From contig CAYNZZ010000013.1 of NCBI GenBank assembly GCA_964401865.1, forward strand, positions 1-31,951: a stretch of DNA of 31,951 nt. The letters run 5' to 3'. The notes beneath the pieces are model-generated. The model had not been told where the DNA came from. It ran no database searches and saw only the letters and a program-made list of their open reading frames with translations. Made by a program: the position numbers and the translations under genes. The first letter of the stretch is position 1. Each line of letters starts with the position of its first letter. Positions 1 to 8,694 of this stretch are shown in pieces. Origin of the DNA: an uncultured Erysipelotrichaceae bacterium (GTDB taxonomy: Bacteria; Bacillota_I; Bacilli_A; Erysipelotrichales; Erysipelotrichaceae).

Positions 1-1
1 A

Positions 2-433
2 GGTTTGACGAGCATTGGTATTGGTGGGGGATTATTCTTTAACTCTTTTCTGACACTAGAAAATGATTTTTCACCACTTGAAAGCGAGATGTATAAAGAA
101 CATTTTGAACCGGCTGATAATGTCAAACTATCTTTTAATTATTTCGATCCAGCCAATATTATCTATAACATTGTAGATGATTATAACGGGATAGATGTTG
201 AAATCAAACATTCAGTAAATACTATTATTTATAGTTACAGTTTTACAAGGGCTGAAGATGAAACCATTGTTTCATTTGGTTTGCGACAGGATGATTTGAA
301 GACTTTTGAATTAGCTTTAAAAGATATGAAAAATCATAAGATAAGAAAAGATGGTTATCTTTTTGATGGCGAAGAAATAAAAGTAATAATAACTTGTAGT
401 CAGGAGAATTTTGACAAATATATTAGGCAATGA
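2..433 (+). CDS. hypothetical protein, probably 5'-truncated by the window edge
   Basis: The frame is open from the first bases of the window, and the track start at 5 is a TTG. Stop at 431-433, followed by a hairpin terminator. No motif recognised. Confidence 0.45.
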   Translation, partial: GLTSIGIGGGLFFNSFLTLENDFSPLESEMYKEHFEPADNVKLSFNYFDPANIIYNIVDDYNGIDVEIKHSVNTIIYSYSFTRAEDETIVSFGLRQDDLKTFELALKDMKNHKIRKDGYLFDGEEIKVIITCSQENFDKYIRQ

Positions 434-438
434 ATAAA

Positions 439-462
439 TTAAAGCCACGAAAGTGGCTTTAA
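439..462. terminator. bidirectional rho-independent terminator between convergent genes
   Basis: Perfect 10-bp stem ttaaagccac / gtggctttaa with gaaa loop. A/T-rich runs on both sides. It overlaps the rarA stop codon. Confidence 0.7.
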
Positions 463-1757
463 TTATCTTTGCTATGTTCTTTTTTCCAATTTCGGATATT
501 TTCTAAACGCTCTTTTAGTTTTTGTTCATATCCCTGATTGTTCGGGAAATAGTATCTTTGATTTTTTAAACTGTCAGGCAAGCAATCCATGATAGCTATT
601 TTATCTTTAGTATCGTGAGCATAAATATATCCTTTTGAGTAGCCGGAATCTTCCATCAGTTTAGTCGGTGCGTTTCTTATCTGCATTGGCACAGGTTCGG
701 CGATGGTTTCTAAAGCATCTTTTTTAGCTTTTGAATAAGCAGTATAAAGAGAATTAGATTTAGGAGCTAAAGACATATAAACAACTGCTTCGCTTAAAGC
801 TAAAGAACATTCTGGCATTCCGATATAATGGCAGGCACTATAAGCATCATTAGCTAATTTCAAAGCGTTGATATCGGCTAGACCAATGTCTTCAGATGCA
901 AATCGGATTATTCTTCTAGCGATATATAATGGATCTTCTCCAGCTTCTAACATTCTTGCAAGCCAATATATGGCGGCATCAGGATCAGAGTTACGCATTG
1001 ATTTATGTAAAGCTGATATAACGTTATAGTGTTCCTCGCCTTTTTTATCATAAATTAAGCTTTTTCTATTTAGACAACCTTCAAGACTTTCGCTATCAAT
1101 GTATGTAATATCCTTAATCTTTTTAGAATAATTGTAAGTTAATTCTAAAGTGGTAAGAGCATTTCTGGCATCACCATTTGCTAGATAGGCAATTTTTGAT
1201 ATTAAGTCATCATCGATTTCCACTTTGTTGTCATAACCTTTTTGAGAAGTGATAGCCCTTTTTAATAAATCAAAGATATCTTCTTGACTTAATGGCTCTA
1301 GAATGAATACACGCATACGTGATAAAAGCGCTGAATTGATTTCAAACGATGGATTTTCAGTTGTTGCACCAATGAGAATGATACTTCCTTTTTCGACATA
1401 TGGCAAAAAGGCATCTTGTTGAGATTTATTGAAGCGGTGAAATTCGTCGACAAAGATAATTGTCTTTTCGAGATTAAGACCATTATCAACTTCCTCCATG
1501 AGATTTTTAATCTCTTTGATTCCATTGCTGACAGCGGAAAAGCTAAAAAAACGAGCTTTAGTTTTCTTGGCTATTACATTGGCTAAACTGGTTTTGCCAA
1601 TACCGGGCGGACCCCATAAAATCATTGATGGGACATCATCATTTTCAATAAAGTTTCTAAGAATTTTACCTTCGGCTAAGAGTTTTTTCTGCCCGACTAT
1701 CTCATCTAAACTATCTGGTCGCATTCTAGCTGCAAGGGGTTGAATTGAAGTGTTCAT
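459..1757 (-). CDS. rarA: replication-associated recombination protein A (AAA+ ATPase, MgsA/RarA)
   Basis: Walker A GPPGIGKTS, Walker B IFVDEFHRF, and a conserved RarA N-terminus (LAARMRPDSLDEIVGQ). C-terminal MgsA-type helical domain. 432 aa. Confidence 0.9.
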   Translation of the reverse strand: MNTSIQPLAARMRPDSLDEIVGQKKLLAEGKILRNFIENDDVPSMILWGPPGIGKTSLANVIAKKTKARFFSFSAVSNGIKEIKNLMEEVDNGLNLEKTIIFVDEFHRFNKSQQDAFLPYVEKGSIILIGATTENPSFEINSALLSRMRVFILEPLSQEDIFDLLKRAITSQKGYDNKVEIDDDLISKIAYLANGDARNALTTLELTYNYSKKIKDITYIDSESLEGCLNRKSLIYDKKGEEHYNVISALHKSMRNSDPDAAIYWLARMLEAGEDPLYIARRIIRFASEDIGLADINALKLANDAYSACHYIGMPECSLALSEAVVYMSLAPKSNSLYTAYSKAKKDALETIAEPVPMQIRNAPTKLMEDSGYSKGYIYAHDTKDKIAIMDCLPDSLKNQRYYFPNNQGYEQKLKERLENIRNWKKEHSKDN

Positions 1758-1769
1758 ACAATTATTATA
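1758..1769 (-). promoter_or_regulatory. -10 box of a leaderless rarA promoter (TATAAT-N6-ATG)
   Basis: The minus strand reads ccgtTATAATaattgtATG. The -10 hexamer is at 1764-1769, followed by a 6-nt gap and the ATG at 1757. There is no Shine-Dalgarno. Confidence 0.55.
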
Positions 1770-1789
1770 ACGGATAATTGTTCAAAATG

Positions 1790-1798
1790 TGATATAGT
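1790..1798 (+). promoter_or_regulatory. extended -10 promoter element for the SPFH operon
   Basis: TGaTATAGT lies 24 nt upstream of the ATG at 1823, with AGGAGG between them. No good -35. Confidence 0.4.
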
Positions 1799-1822
1799 GT
1801 AAATAATAGGAGGTGCTGAATT

Positions 1823-2914
1823 ATGGGCTTAATAAAAGCAACGGTTAACGCAACATTATCAACTTTAAAAGATACTTGGAAAGATTATTTTGTGTGTGAA
1901 TCTTTGAATCAAGATATATTAATGATTAAGGGTGAAAAGAAGGGTAGCACAGGTTTATTTTCTAAAAGCCAAGATGATATCATTACTAACGGTTCAGGCA
2001 TCGTGGTAAATGAAGGGCAATGTGCTTTAATAATTGAAGATGGAAAAATATTAGAAGTTGCCGCCGAAACCGGATACTATACATTTGATTCGGAAAAATC
2101 ACCAAGCGTATTTGATGGTGGTTTTAAAGGGATTAGTGATACATTTAAGGAATTATCAAAGAGAGTTACTTTTGATGGTCATGCCAATACAAGCCAATGT
2201 GTGTATTATGTAAACACAAAAGAAATCATGCAAAATTTATTTGGCACTGCTACACCAATTCCATTCCGTGTTATTGATAATAATATTGGTTTAGATATTG
2301 ATATTTCTATTCGTTGCAATGGCGAATTTTCCTTTAAGATTGTAGATCCACTACTTTTTTATACTAATGTAGCAGGAAACAAAGAAGTGTATTTAAAAAG
2401 CGATATTATCAATCAGTTAAAGAGTGAGTTTTTAACTGCTTTGCAACCAGCTTTTGCAACGATTTCTGCTAATGGTGTTCGATATTCAGAAGTTCCTATG
2501 CATGCTATAGAACTGGCTGATGCTTTAAATGAACATCTTAGTTCTAAGTGGGGAGCTCTAAGAGGTATTGAAGTCGTATCGATTGGTATTAATTCTATTT
2601 CGACTTCTAAAGAAAATGAAGAAATGATTAAAAATATCCAAAAATCAGCAGTATATAGAGATCCATCAATGGCTGCTGCTACTTTAGTAGGTGCACAAGC
2701 CGACGCAATGCGTGATGCAGCTAAAAATCAAGCTGGTGCATTTACTGGTTTTATGGGTATGAATATGGCTAATCAAAGTGGCGGTGTAAATGCGGCCGAG
2801 TTATTCACGATGGGGCAAAAACAAAATCAAGTCAATGCTTTTTGTCCAAAGTGTGGAAATCCAGTTGGGGCAGATGATCTGTTTTGTTCAAAGTGCGGGA
2901 ATAAATTAAAATAA
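1823..2914 (+). CDS. SPFH/band-7 domain protein with C-terminal zinc ribbon (YdjI / COG4260-like)
   Basis: AGGAGG RBS. The N-terminus MGLIKA...W.D.F is typical of the YdjI-type SPFH family. C-terminal double CxxC: CPKCGNPV...CSKCGNKL. Confidence 0.75.
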   Translation: MGLIKATVNATLSTLKDTWKDYFVCESLNQDILMIKGEKKGSTGLFSKSQDDIITNGSGIVVNEGQCALIIEDGKILEVAAETGYYTFDSEKSPSVFDGGFKGISDTFKELSKRVTFDGHANTSQCVYYVNTKEIMQNLFGTATPIPFRVIDNNIGLDIDISIRCNGEFSFKIVDPLLFYTNVAGNKEVYLKSDIINQLKSEFLTALQPAFATISANGVRYSEVPMHAIELADALNEHLSSKWGALRGIEVVSIGINSISTSKENEEMIKNIQKSAVYRDPSMAAATLVGAQADAMRDAAKNQAGAFTGFMGMNMANQSGGVNAAELFTMGQKQNQVNAFCPKCGNPVGADDLFCSKCGNKLK

Positions 2915-2915
2915 T

Positions 2916-3995
2916 ATGGAAAATACTATCAGCTCTTATAAATGTCCTAATTGTGGTGCTGATATTCCATATGACCCCAATTCAAGTAATCTAAAATGCA
3001 AGTATTGTGGAACGGAATATGAAGTTGAAATACTAAATCAATATAGCGAAGCAATTAAACATCAGGAAGACTCTTACGATTGGGATGAATATAATGGTCA
3101 AGAACTAGAATATAATCGTGCGGAATATGTATGTCCTTCATGCGGAGGAAGTGTGATTATGGACGAGGATAGTTCGGCTTCTTATTGTCCTTATTGTGGA
3201 AGCACCATCATATTAAATGATAAGGTTTCAGGGATGCTGAAACCTGATTTGGTTGTGCCCTTTAAAGTCAGTAAGGAGGCTGCAAAGAGTGCTTTGAAAA
3301 AGGAACTGAGTAACAAAATACTACTTCCTAGCGATTTCGCTAAGCAAGAATATCTTGATAAAATCGAGGGTGTTTATATCCCTTATTGGTTATATGACTG
3401 TAATGCCGATTGTCATGCACGTTTTAGAATGACAAGAACTAATTCTTGGCGAAGTGGAGACTATCGTTACACTAAAACCAGTTATTTTATGGGTATAAGA
3501 GATGGAAAGATGGAATTTGAAAAAGTGCCGGTTGACGCTTCTTTAAAACTTGATAGCGAATTGTTAGAATCATTAGAACCTTTCGATTATGCTGAGGCAG
3601 TTGATTTCAATACTGCTTATTTGGCTGGTTTCTATGCAGATATCAGACAGGAAGATGAAAATGCTTGCAAATCAAAAGCGAACAATAGAATACATCAAAG
3701 CATGTTAGATGCGCTATCATCTAGCGTTGTAGGATATAGTTCTTGTATTGTTGAATCATCATCGATTAGTTTTAATAATGGTAAAGCTCATTATGCTTTG
3801 TTACCGGTTTATTTGATTTCTAAAAAATATAAGGACAGAGTATATACTTTTGCAATTAATGGTCAAACATCAAAAGTATCGGGTGAAATTCCTTCGGATT
3901 ATAAAAAATTAGTATTGTATTCTTTATGTTTATTACTGTTTAGTTTCGCTATTATTTTTATTGTTGCGTATTTCTTATTGGGGCCAAGATTATGA
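2916..3995 (+). CDS. double zinc-ribbon membrane-anchored protein (YdjG-like)
   Basis: Two CxxC...CxxC ribbons (CPNCG..CKYCG and CPSCGG..CPYCG). C-terminal TM helix LVLYSLCLLLFSFAIIFIVAYFLLG. Starts 2 nt after the SPFH stop. Confidence 0.65.
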   Translation: MENTISSYKCPNCGADIPYDPNSSNLKCKYCGTEYEVEILNQYSEAIKHQEDSYDWDEYNGQELEYNRAEYVCPSCGGSVIMDEDSSASYCPYCGSTIILNDKVSGMLKPDLVVPFKVSKEAAKSALKKELSNKILLPSDFAKQEYLDKIEGVYIPYWLYDCNADCHARFRMTRTNSWRSGDYRYTKTSYFMGIRDGKMEFEKVPVDASLKLDSELLESLEPFDYAEAVDFNTAYLAGFYADIRQEDENACKSKANNRIHQSMLDALSSSVVGYSSCIVESSSISFNNGKAHYALLPVYLISKKYKDRVYTFAINGQTSKVSGEIPSDYKKLVLYSLCLLLFSFAIIFIVAYFLLGPRL

Positions 3996-4753
3996 AGAAA
4001 GTTATATTATTGATTTTGGTATTGGTATTGTTATGGCCGATGAATATTTTTGCTAGTACAAGTGGCGTAGTCGATGAGGCAGATATTTTTGATGAAAATG
4101 AAATCGCAAAACTACAAAATCGCATTGATAAAATTGAAGAAAAATATGATGTCAGTATAGTGATATATACCAGTTATGAGTATTATTTTGGCGATGATAT
4201 CAGAGTATGGGCAGCCGATTATTATGACTATGGCGGATATAAGGATAATGGCTTGATATTCGCTATCAATATGGCTAATCGTGAATATGCCATTGTCTCT
4301 AGTGGTGATATCCAAAAGACTTTTAATGCTTCTTGTATCGATAAACTATTAGATTATTCTGAAGATGATATGATTGATGGTGATTATTATGAAGCAGTAG
4401 CCACTTTTTTAGATTACTCTAATAATTTATTGAGCAATCCTGACTATTTGAAACAATTAGCTAGAAAAGATAATCTTGTTTTGATTGCTGGATCTTCATT
4501 AACTGGTGCAGGAGTTATAACTATTACTTTTATAATCTTTTGTATTAGCAACATGAAGATGAAATCGAAACAGAAAAGAGCGAGTTTTTATATTAAACCA
4601 CATAGTTTAAGCTTATCTCGTGCTAATGATTTGTATCTTTATTCAACTACTACCAAAACTAGAGTCAATACTCAAAGTAGCAGTTCATCAAGAAGTGGAA
4701 GTTTTAAAGGATCAAGTGGCAGATCGCATACTGGTGGTAGTCGCAGGTTTTAA
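3992..4753 (+). CDS. TPM-domain membrane protein (YdjH/YgcG-like)
   Basis: ATGA overlap with the upstream gene. Signal/anchor MKKVILLILVLVLLWP, a TPM-like core (VVDEADIF...IVIYT), a TM helix, and an S/G/R-rich C-terminal tail. Confidence 0.65.
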   Translation: MKKVILLILVLVLLWPMNIFASTSGVVDEADIFDENEIAKLQNRIDKIEEKYDVSIVIYTSYEYYFGDDIRVWAADYYDYGGYKDNGLIFAINMANREYAIVSSGDIQKTFNASCIDKLLDYSEDDMIDGDYYEAVATFLDYSNNLLSNPDYLKQLARKDNLVLIAGSSLTGAGVITITFIIFCISNMKMKSKQKRASFYIKPHSLSLSRANDLYLYSTTTKTRVNTQSSSSSRSGSFKGSSGRSHTGGSRRF

Positions 4754-4775
4754 ATGTGCAATTTAAAGGTAAAAT

Positions 4776-5249
4776 ATGAACTTGATTGATTTCTTTAAAA
4801 GATTTGATACATCTAAAAAACTATATCCGGGAGAAGTTGTTGATTTAAGAAAATCTTATGAAATAAGTGAAGAAGAAGCTTACGATGGCATACCGTGTGC
4901 ATATTATGACATCTATATTCATGATTCTAATATCAAAGTTGGATCGATTGATTTAAGACTTAAGATGGATAAGACGATGCTATATTTCGGTCATATTGGC
5001 TATTATGTCATCGAGAAACATCGAGGTCATTCTTATGCGTTTTGGGCTTGTAAAATACTATTTGAAATAGCTAAAAAAGAATATGGACTTAGTTATTTGA
5101 TACTCACATGTTCACCTGACAATATTGCTTCATACAAGACTTTAGTGCGATTGAATGGGAGATTTTTAGGGATTGTTGATGTTCCTAAAAATCATGAATT
5201 ATATATGAAAAACGAAAAAGAGAAGTGCATTTTTAGGTATATATTATGA
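4776..5249 (+). CDS. GNAT-family N-acetyltransferase (putative)
   Basis: GHIGYYVIEKHRGHSYA resembles the GNAT acetyl-CoA-binding motif A. 157 aa. Confidence 0.55.
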   Translation: MNLIDFFKRFDTSKKLYPGEVVDLRKSYEISEEEAYDGIPCAYYDIYIHDSNIKVGSIDLRLKMDKTMLYFGHIGYYVIEKHRGHSYAFWACKILFEIAKKEYGLSYLILTCSPDNIASYKTLVRLNGRFLGIVDVPKNHELYMKNEKEKCIFRYIL

Positions 5250-6790
5250 ATTTTTTAAAGAAGTTATTAACATATATTTATAGATTTTTGATGTCGAGAA
5301 CTTTTATGATTTTCACGACTTTATTGTTGCAACTGGTGGTGATGCTATCTTTTTTGTACTCGTTTTCATTAGAATCTCAAGTAATTAAGGTTGCTTTTTT
5401 AGCTTTAAACATCATTGTGACGATTTATGTGGTCAATCGTGATACCAATACATCATATAAATTGGCTTGGATTATTTTGATTAATGTAGTGCCTGTTGTT
5501 GGCGGTGTATTGTATCTGATGTTTGCAGAATACAAAATACCAAAGAAGCTGAGAAAAGAAACTACAAGACAACTAATTGGGGCTAAAAATTCATATCGTA
5601 AATATGCTGATGAAGTAGAAATTGAAGATTTAGATGTTAAACAACAATTTGATTATGTTAAAAACAATGCTTATTATCCATATTATAAAAATACAAAAGT
5701 AAGCTATTTTTCTTGTGGTGAAGAATTTTTTAAAGATTTAATTGCTAAATTGAAGAAAGCTAAACATTTTATTTTTATCGAATTCTTTATTGTCAAAGAA
5801 GGTAAAATGCTTTCGGAACTATTGGAAGTATTGAACGAGAAAAGACAAGAAGGCGTCGAAGTATATTTTATGTATGATGATGTTGGATGCATAACTGGCT
5901 TACCCAAAAATTTTAAAGAGACTTTGAGTTCAATGGGTATTCACTATGCCGTATTCAACAAAGTTTCATTGTGGTTATCATTTTTATCAAAAGCTAATAA
6001 TCGTGATCATCGTAAGATATGTGTTATTGATAATGAATATGGTTATATGGGTGGTATTAACATCGCTGATGAATACATTAATGAGATTGTTAGGTTTGGA
6101 TATTGGAAAGATACGGCTATATGTTTAAAAGGAGAGGCAGTTGCATCGTTAACCATTATGTTTATTCAATTTTTTAATGTCTTTTCCAAAGAAAAACTTG
6201 CATATCAGGATTTCTTATTGAAAATTCGGAAAATCACCAGTCAAAGCATTGTTTTGCCATTTTCCGATAGTCCTACCGATGAAGAGGATGTTGGTAGAAC
6301 TGTTCATATGAATCTTATTACCAAGGCTAAAAAATATGTTTACATTCATACACCATATTTAATACTTGATTATGATATGAACCACGCTTTGATAACAGCC
6401 GCAAAATCAGGGGTTGAAGTAATAATTACTGTACCAAAGATCCCTGATAAAAAAACTGTTTTTATGGTTACAAGAAAGAACTACGAAAGTCTGTTGAGAG
6501 CAGGTGTTAAAATATATGAATATACGCCGGGATTTGTTCATTCAAAATTATTTGTTAGTGATGATAAAATAGCTTTATGCGGAACTATTAATATGGATTA
6601 TCGTTCTTACTATCTTCACTATGAATGTGGTACACTGATTGCTTTTGATCCCGAGATTAAAAGGATGAAAGATGACTATTTAAAGACATTGGATAAATCT
6701 GAAGAGATTACACTATATAAAGCTAGTCAGACAAACTTTATTGTCCGTGTCGCAAGAGCGATACTTGACGTATTTGCACCGCTTCTTTAA
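5246..6790 (+). CDS. cls: cardiolipin synthase (PLD superfamily)
   Basis: ATGA overlap with the GNAT gene. Two N-terminal TM helices and two HKD motifs (HRKICVIDNEYGYMGGINIAD and HSKLFVSDDKIALCGTINMD). Confidence 0.9.
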   Translation: MNFLKKLLTYIYRFLMSRTFMIFTTLLLQLVVMLSFLYSFSLESQVIKVAFLALNIIVTIYVVNRDTNTSYKLAWIILINVVPVVGGVLYLMFAEYKIPKKLRKETTRQLIGAKNSYRKYADEVEIEDLDVKQQFDYVKNNAYYPYYKNTKVSYFSCGEEFFKDLIAKLKKAKHFIFIEFFIVKEGKMLSELLEVLNEKRQEGVEVYFMYDDVGCITGLPKNFKETLSSMGIHYAVFNKVSLWLSFLSKANNRDHRKICVIDNEYGYMGGINIADEYINEIVRFGYWKDTAICLKGEAVASLTIMFIQFFNVFSKEKLAYQDFLLKIRKITSQSIVLPFSDSPTDEEDVGRTVHMNLITKAKKYVYIHTPYLILDYDMNHALITAAKSGVEVIITVPKIPDKKTVFMVTRKNYESLLRAGVKIYEYTPGFVHSKLFVSDDKIALCGTINMDYRSYYLHYECGTLIAFDPEIKRMKDDYLKTLDKSEEITLYKASQTNFIVRVARAILDVFAPLL

Positions 6791-6847
6791 AGTTGCAGGT
6801 ATTATAGATATTTGTTAAGATTTATAGGAATTATTTATGGGGATTTT

Positions 6848-7405
6848 ATGGTAACTTCATTGCTGTTAGGAATAGGGTTAGCAATGGACGCGAGTGCTGT
6901 GTCTGTTGTAAACGGAATAAGATATCAAAATTATGGAAAAAGGGAAGCAATTATTTCTTCTTTTTCTTTTGGTATATTTCAAGGCTTAATGCCTTTGATA
7001 GGCTACTTTATTATTTTTCCTTTCGTCAGTTATATTGAGAAAATTGATCATTGGATTATTTTTGCCATATTATCATTTTTGGGAATCAAAATGATTGTTG
7101 ATGGTTTAAAAAAAGATGAAGAAGTTTCAGAAAAAACAGAACAGTTTTCTAGCAAAATACTCTTACTCGAATCATTGGCTACCAGTATTGATGCATTGAC
7201 AGTCGGTGTTAGCCTGCCTTCTTTAAGTATCAGCCCATTTATTTCCTGTTTAATAATTGGTGTTGTAACGACCTTGATGTGCCTTTTATTTCATGGATTA
7301 GGCAAGAAATTAGGAGTGTTGCTCAAAGATAAAGCGGTTGTTTTTGGTGGAACGATACTTGTAGTATTAGGTATTAAAATATTGTTGGAGCATTTATTGG
7401 GATGA
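6848..7405 (+). CDS. mntP: manganese efflux pump MntP
   Basis: Duplicated DUF204-type motifs GLAMDASAVS and ATSIDALTVG in a 6-TM protein. I prefer the ATG at 6848 (GGGGA 4 nt upstream) over the track's TTG at 6812. Confidence 0.8.
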   Translation: MVTSLLLGIGLAMDASAVSVVNGIRYQNYGKREAIISSFSFGIFQGLMPLIGYFIIFPFVSYIEKIDHWIIFAILSFLGIKMIVDGLKKDEEVSEKTEQFSSKILLLESLATSIDALTVGVSLPSLSISPFISCLIIGVVTTLMCLLFHGLGKKLGVLLKDKAVVFGGTILVVLGIKILLEHLLG

Positions 7406-7656
7406 ACGAATTATTAGATTACTATCAGGCACTTGATTTACTTAAAAACGGAGTTGTGCTAATGGATGAAAACGTAAACAGCTTCTATGTATTGAAAAAT
7501 GACAAGGTAATTAATTATCGTAATGGTTGTCGTTTTGCTATGAGTTTAAATGATTTTGAAACATTGTTTATTAAGCATTGCTTTAAGATTTATGAATATC
7601 AGGATGCGATTGATGAGAGTAAAGATATAGAATATTATGGTTTCAAGCATAAATAA
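7402..7656 (+). CDS. small hypothetical protein (84 aa)
   Basis: ATGA overlap with the mntP stop suggests translational coupling. No recognised motif. Confidence 0.5.
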   Translation: MNELLDYYQALDLLKNGVVLMDENVNSFYVLKNDKVINYRNGCRFAMSLNDFETLFIKHCFKIYEYQDAIDESKDIEYYGFKHK

Positions 7657-7665
7657 GGGGGATCT

Positions 7666-8526
7666 ATGACAAAGAAAATATCATTGGTTTTGGAAGGCGG
7701 AGGATTTAGAGGGGCATATACCGCTGGCTGTTTATCTTGGCTCATTGATGAGGGGATAGAGTTTGATAATGCATATGGAATCTCTACTGGAGCAGTTCAT
7801 TTATGCTCATTCTTGCTCAAAGAAAAAGAGTATCTCTTTGATTTAGCTACCAATTATATTTGTGATAAACAATTAGTAGGTTGGCGCTCGGTGTTAAGAG
7901 AGGGTCGCATTGTGGGTTATGATTATCTCTTTGAACATATTTTACCTGAAGTATTTCATTTTGATATTCAAAGAGTGATTAAGTGTAAACAAAACGCCAA
8001 GATAGGCATTTACGATTTAAAAAAAGGCTATACCGAATTTGAAAGAGTACAAAATATTGACTTAAAGATGGATTTATTAAAAGGTGCTTGCACACTGCCG
8101 ATTCTTGGTCGTGTCGTCAATTATCAAGGCAGAGAATTATTGGATGGCGGTATTACTAAAATGATACCGATCGAAGAATCTGTTAAAGATGGAAATGATT
8201 TTCATCTTGTGATTACTACCAAACCAAGAGATTTTGTTAGAAAAGAGGCGTCTTGGGTAATCAAATTTTTGATGAAATTCAATTATCTCAATCGTCCGTG
8301 TGTTGAAAAAGATTATGCTGTTCGCCACATTAACTATAATAAACAGATTGACATTATTAAAAAGTTGGAAAAAGAAAAAAAAGCTCTATATTTTTATCCC
8401 ACTGAATCGGTTCCCGTCGATCGTTTGAATGGAGATAAAGAAAATCTCATTAAATTATATGAGCTTGGTCGAAAAGATATGGAAGCCAGAAGAAAAGAAA
8501 TATATCAGTTTTTGAATAAAGAGTAA
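7666..8526 (+). CDS. patatin-like phospholipase
   Basis: GGGGGA RBS. Oxyanion-hole motif GGGFRGAYTAG, nucleophile elbow GISTG, and a catalytic-Asp DGG motif. Confidence 0.85.
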   Translation: MTKKISLVLEGGGFRGAYTAGCLSWLIDEGIEFDNAYGISTGAVHLCSFLLKEKEYLFDLATNYICDKQLVGWRSVLREGRIVGYDYLFEHILPEVFHFDIQRVIKCKQNAKIGIYDLKKGYTEFERVQNIDLKMDLLKGACTLPILGRVVNYQGRELLDGGITKMIPIEESVKDGNDFHLVITTKPRDFVRKEASWVIKFLMKFNYLNRPCVEKDYAVRHINYNKQIDIIKKLEKEKKALYFYPTESVPVDRLNGDKENLIKLYELGRKDMEARRKEIYQFLNKE

Positions 8527-8654
8527 AATAAATTTTATAATAATAAGTTTTTAATCAGCGATACATTTTTAAATGAATATGAAATTTCCTGTTTCATCAA
8601 ATGTTATGATTGTTTCAAATATCAGTATAGGAGATTATACATATCCAATGATAT

Positions 8655-8680
8655 AAAACTTGCCAAAGATGGCAAGTTTT
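8655..8680. terminator. bidirectional rho-independent terminator
   Basis: aaaacttgcca-aaga-tggcaagtttt: a perfect 11-bp stem with A and T runs built in. It lies between the convergent patatin and VanY-like genes. Confidence 0.8.
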
Positions 8681-8694
8681 AAAAACTAATTTTA

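Noticed and set aside
1298-1743. Track ORFs 1298-1525(-) and 1498-1743(+) inside rarA.
   Set aside because: They are nested in a well-supported AAA+ gene, in another frame or on the other strand, and show no independent signals.
6791-6847. Expected yybP-ykoY Mn riboswitch upstream of mntP.
   Set aside because: Only about 57 nt separate the cls stop from the mntP start, which is too short, and no riboswitch-like helices are seen.
7666-8526. Patatin-like lipase as a CBASS (CapV-like) effector.
   Set aside because: No CD-NTase, cyclase or other signalling gene is adjacent. The neighbours are mntP, a small ORF and a convergent VanY-like gene.
8573-8656. 27-codon ORF (MNMKFPVSSNVMIVSNISIGDYTYPMI) in the patatin/VanY intergenic region.
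   Set aside because: It has no RBS or promoter and runs into the bidirectional terminator, so it is most likely chance.
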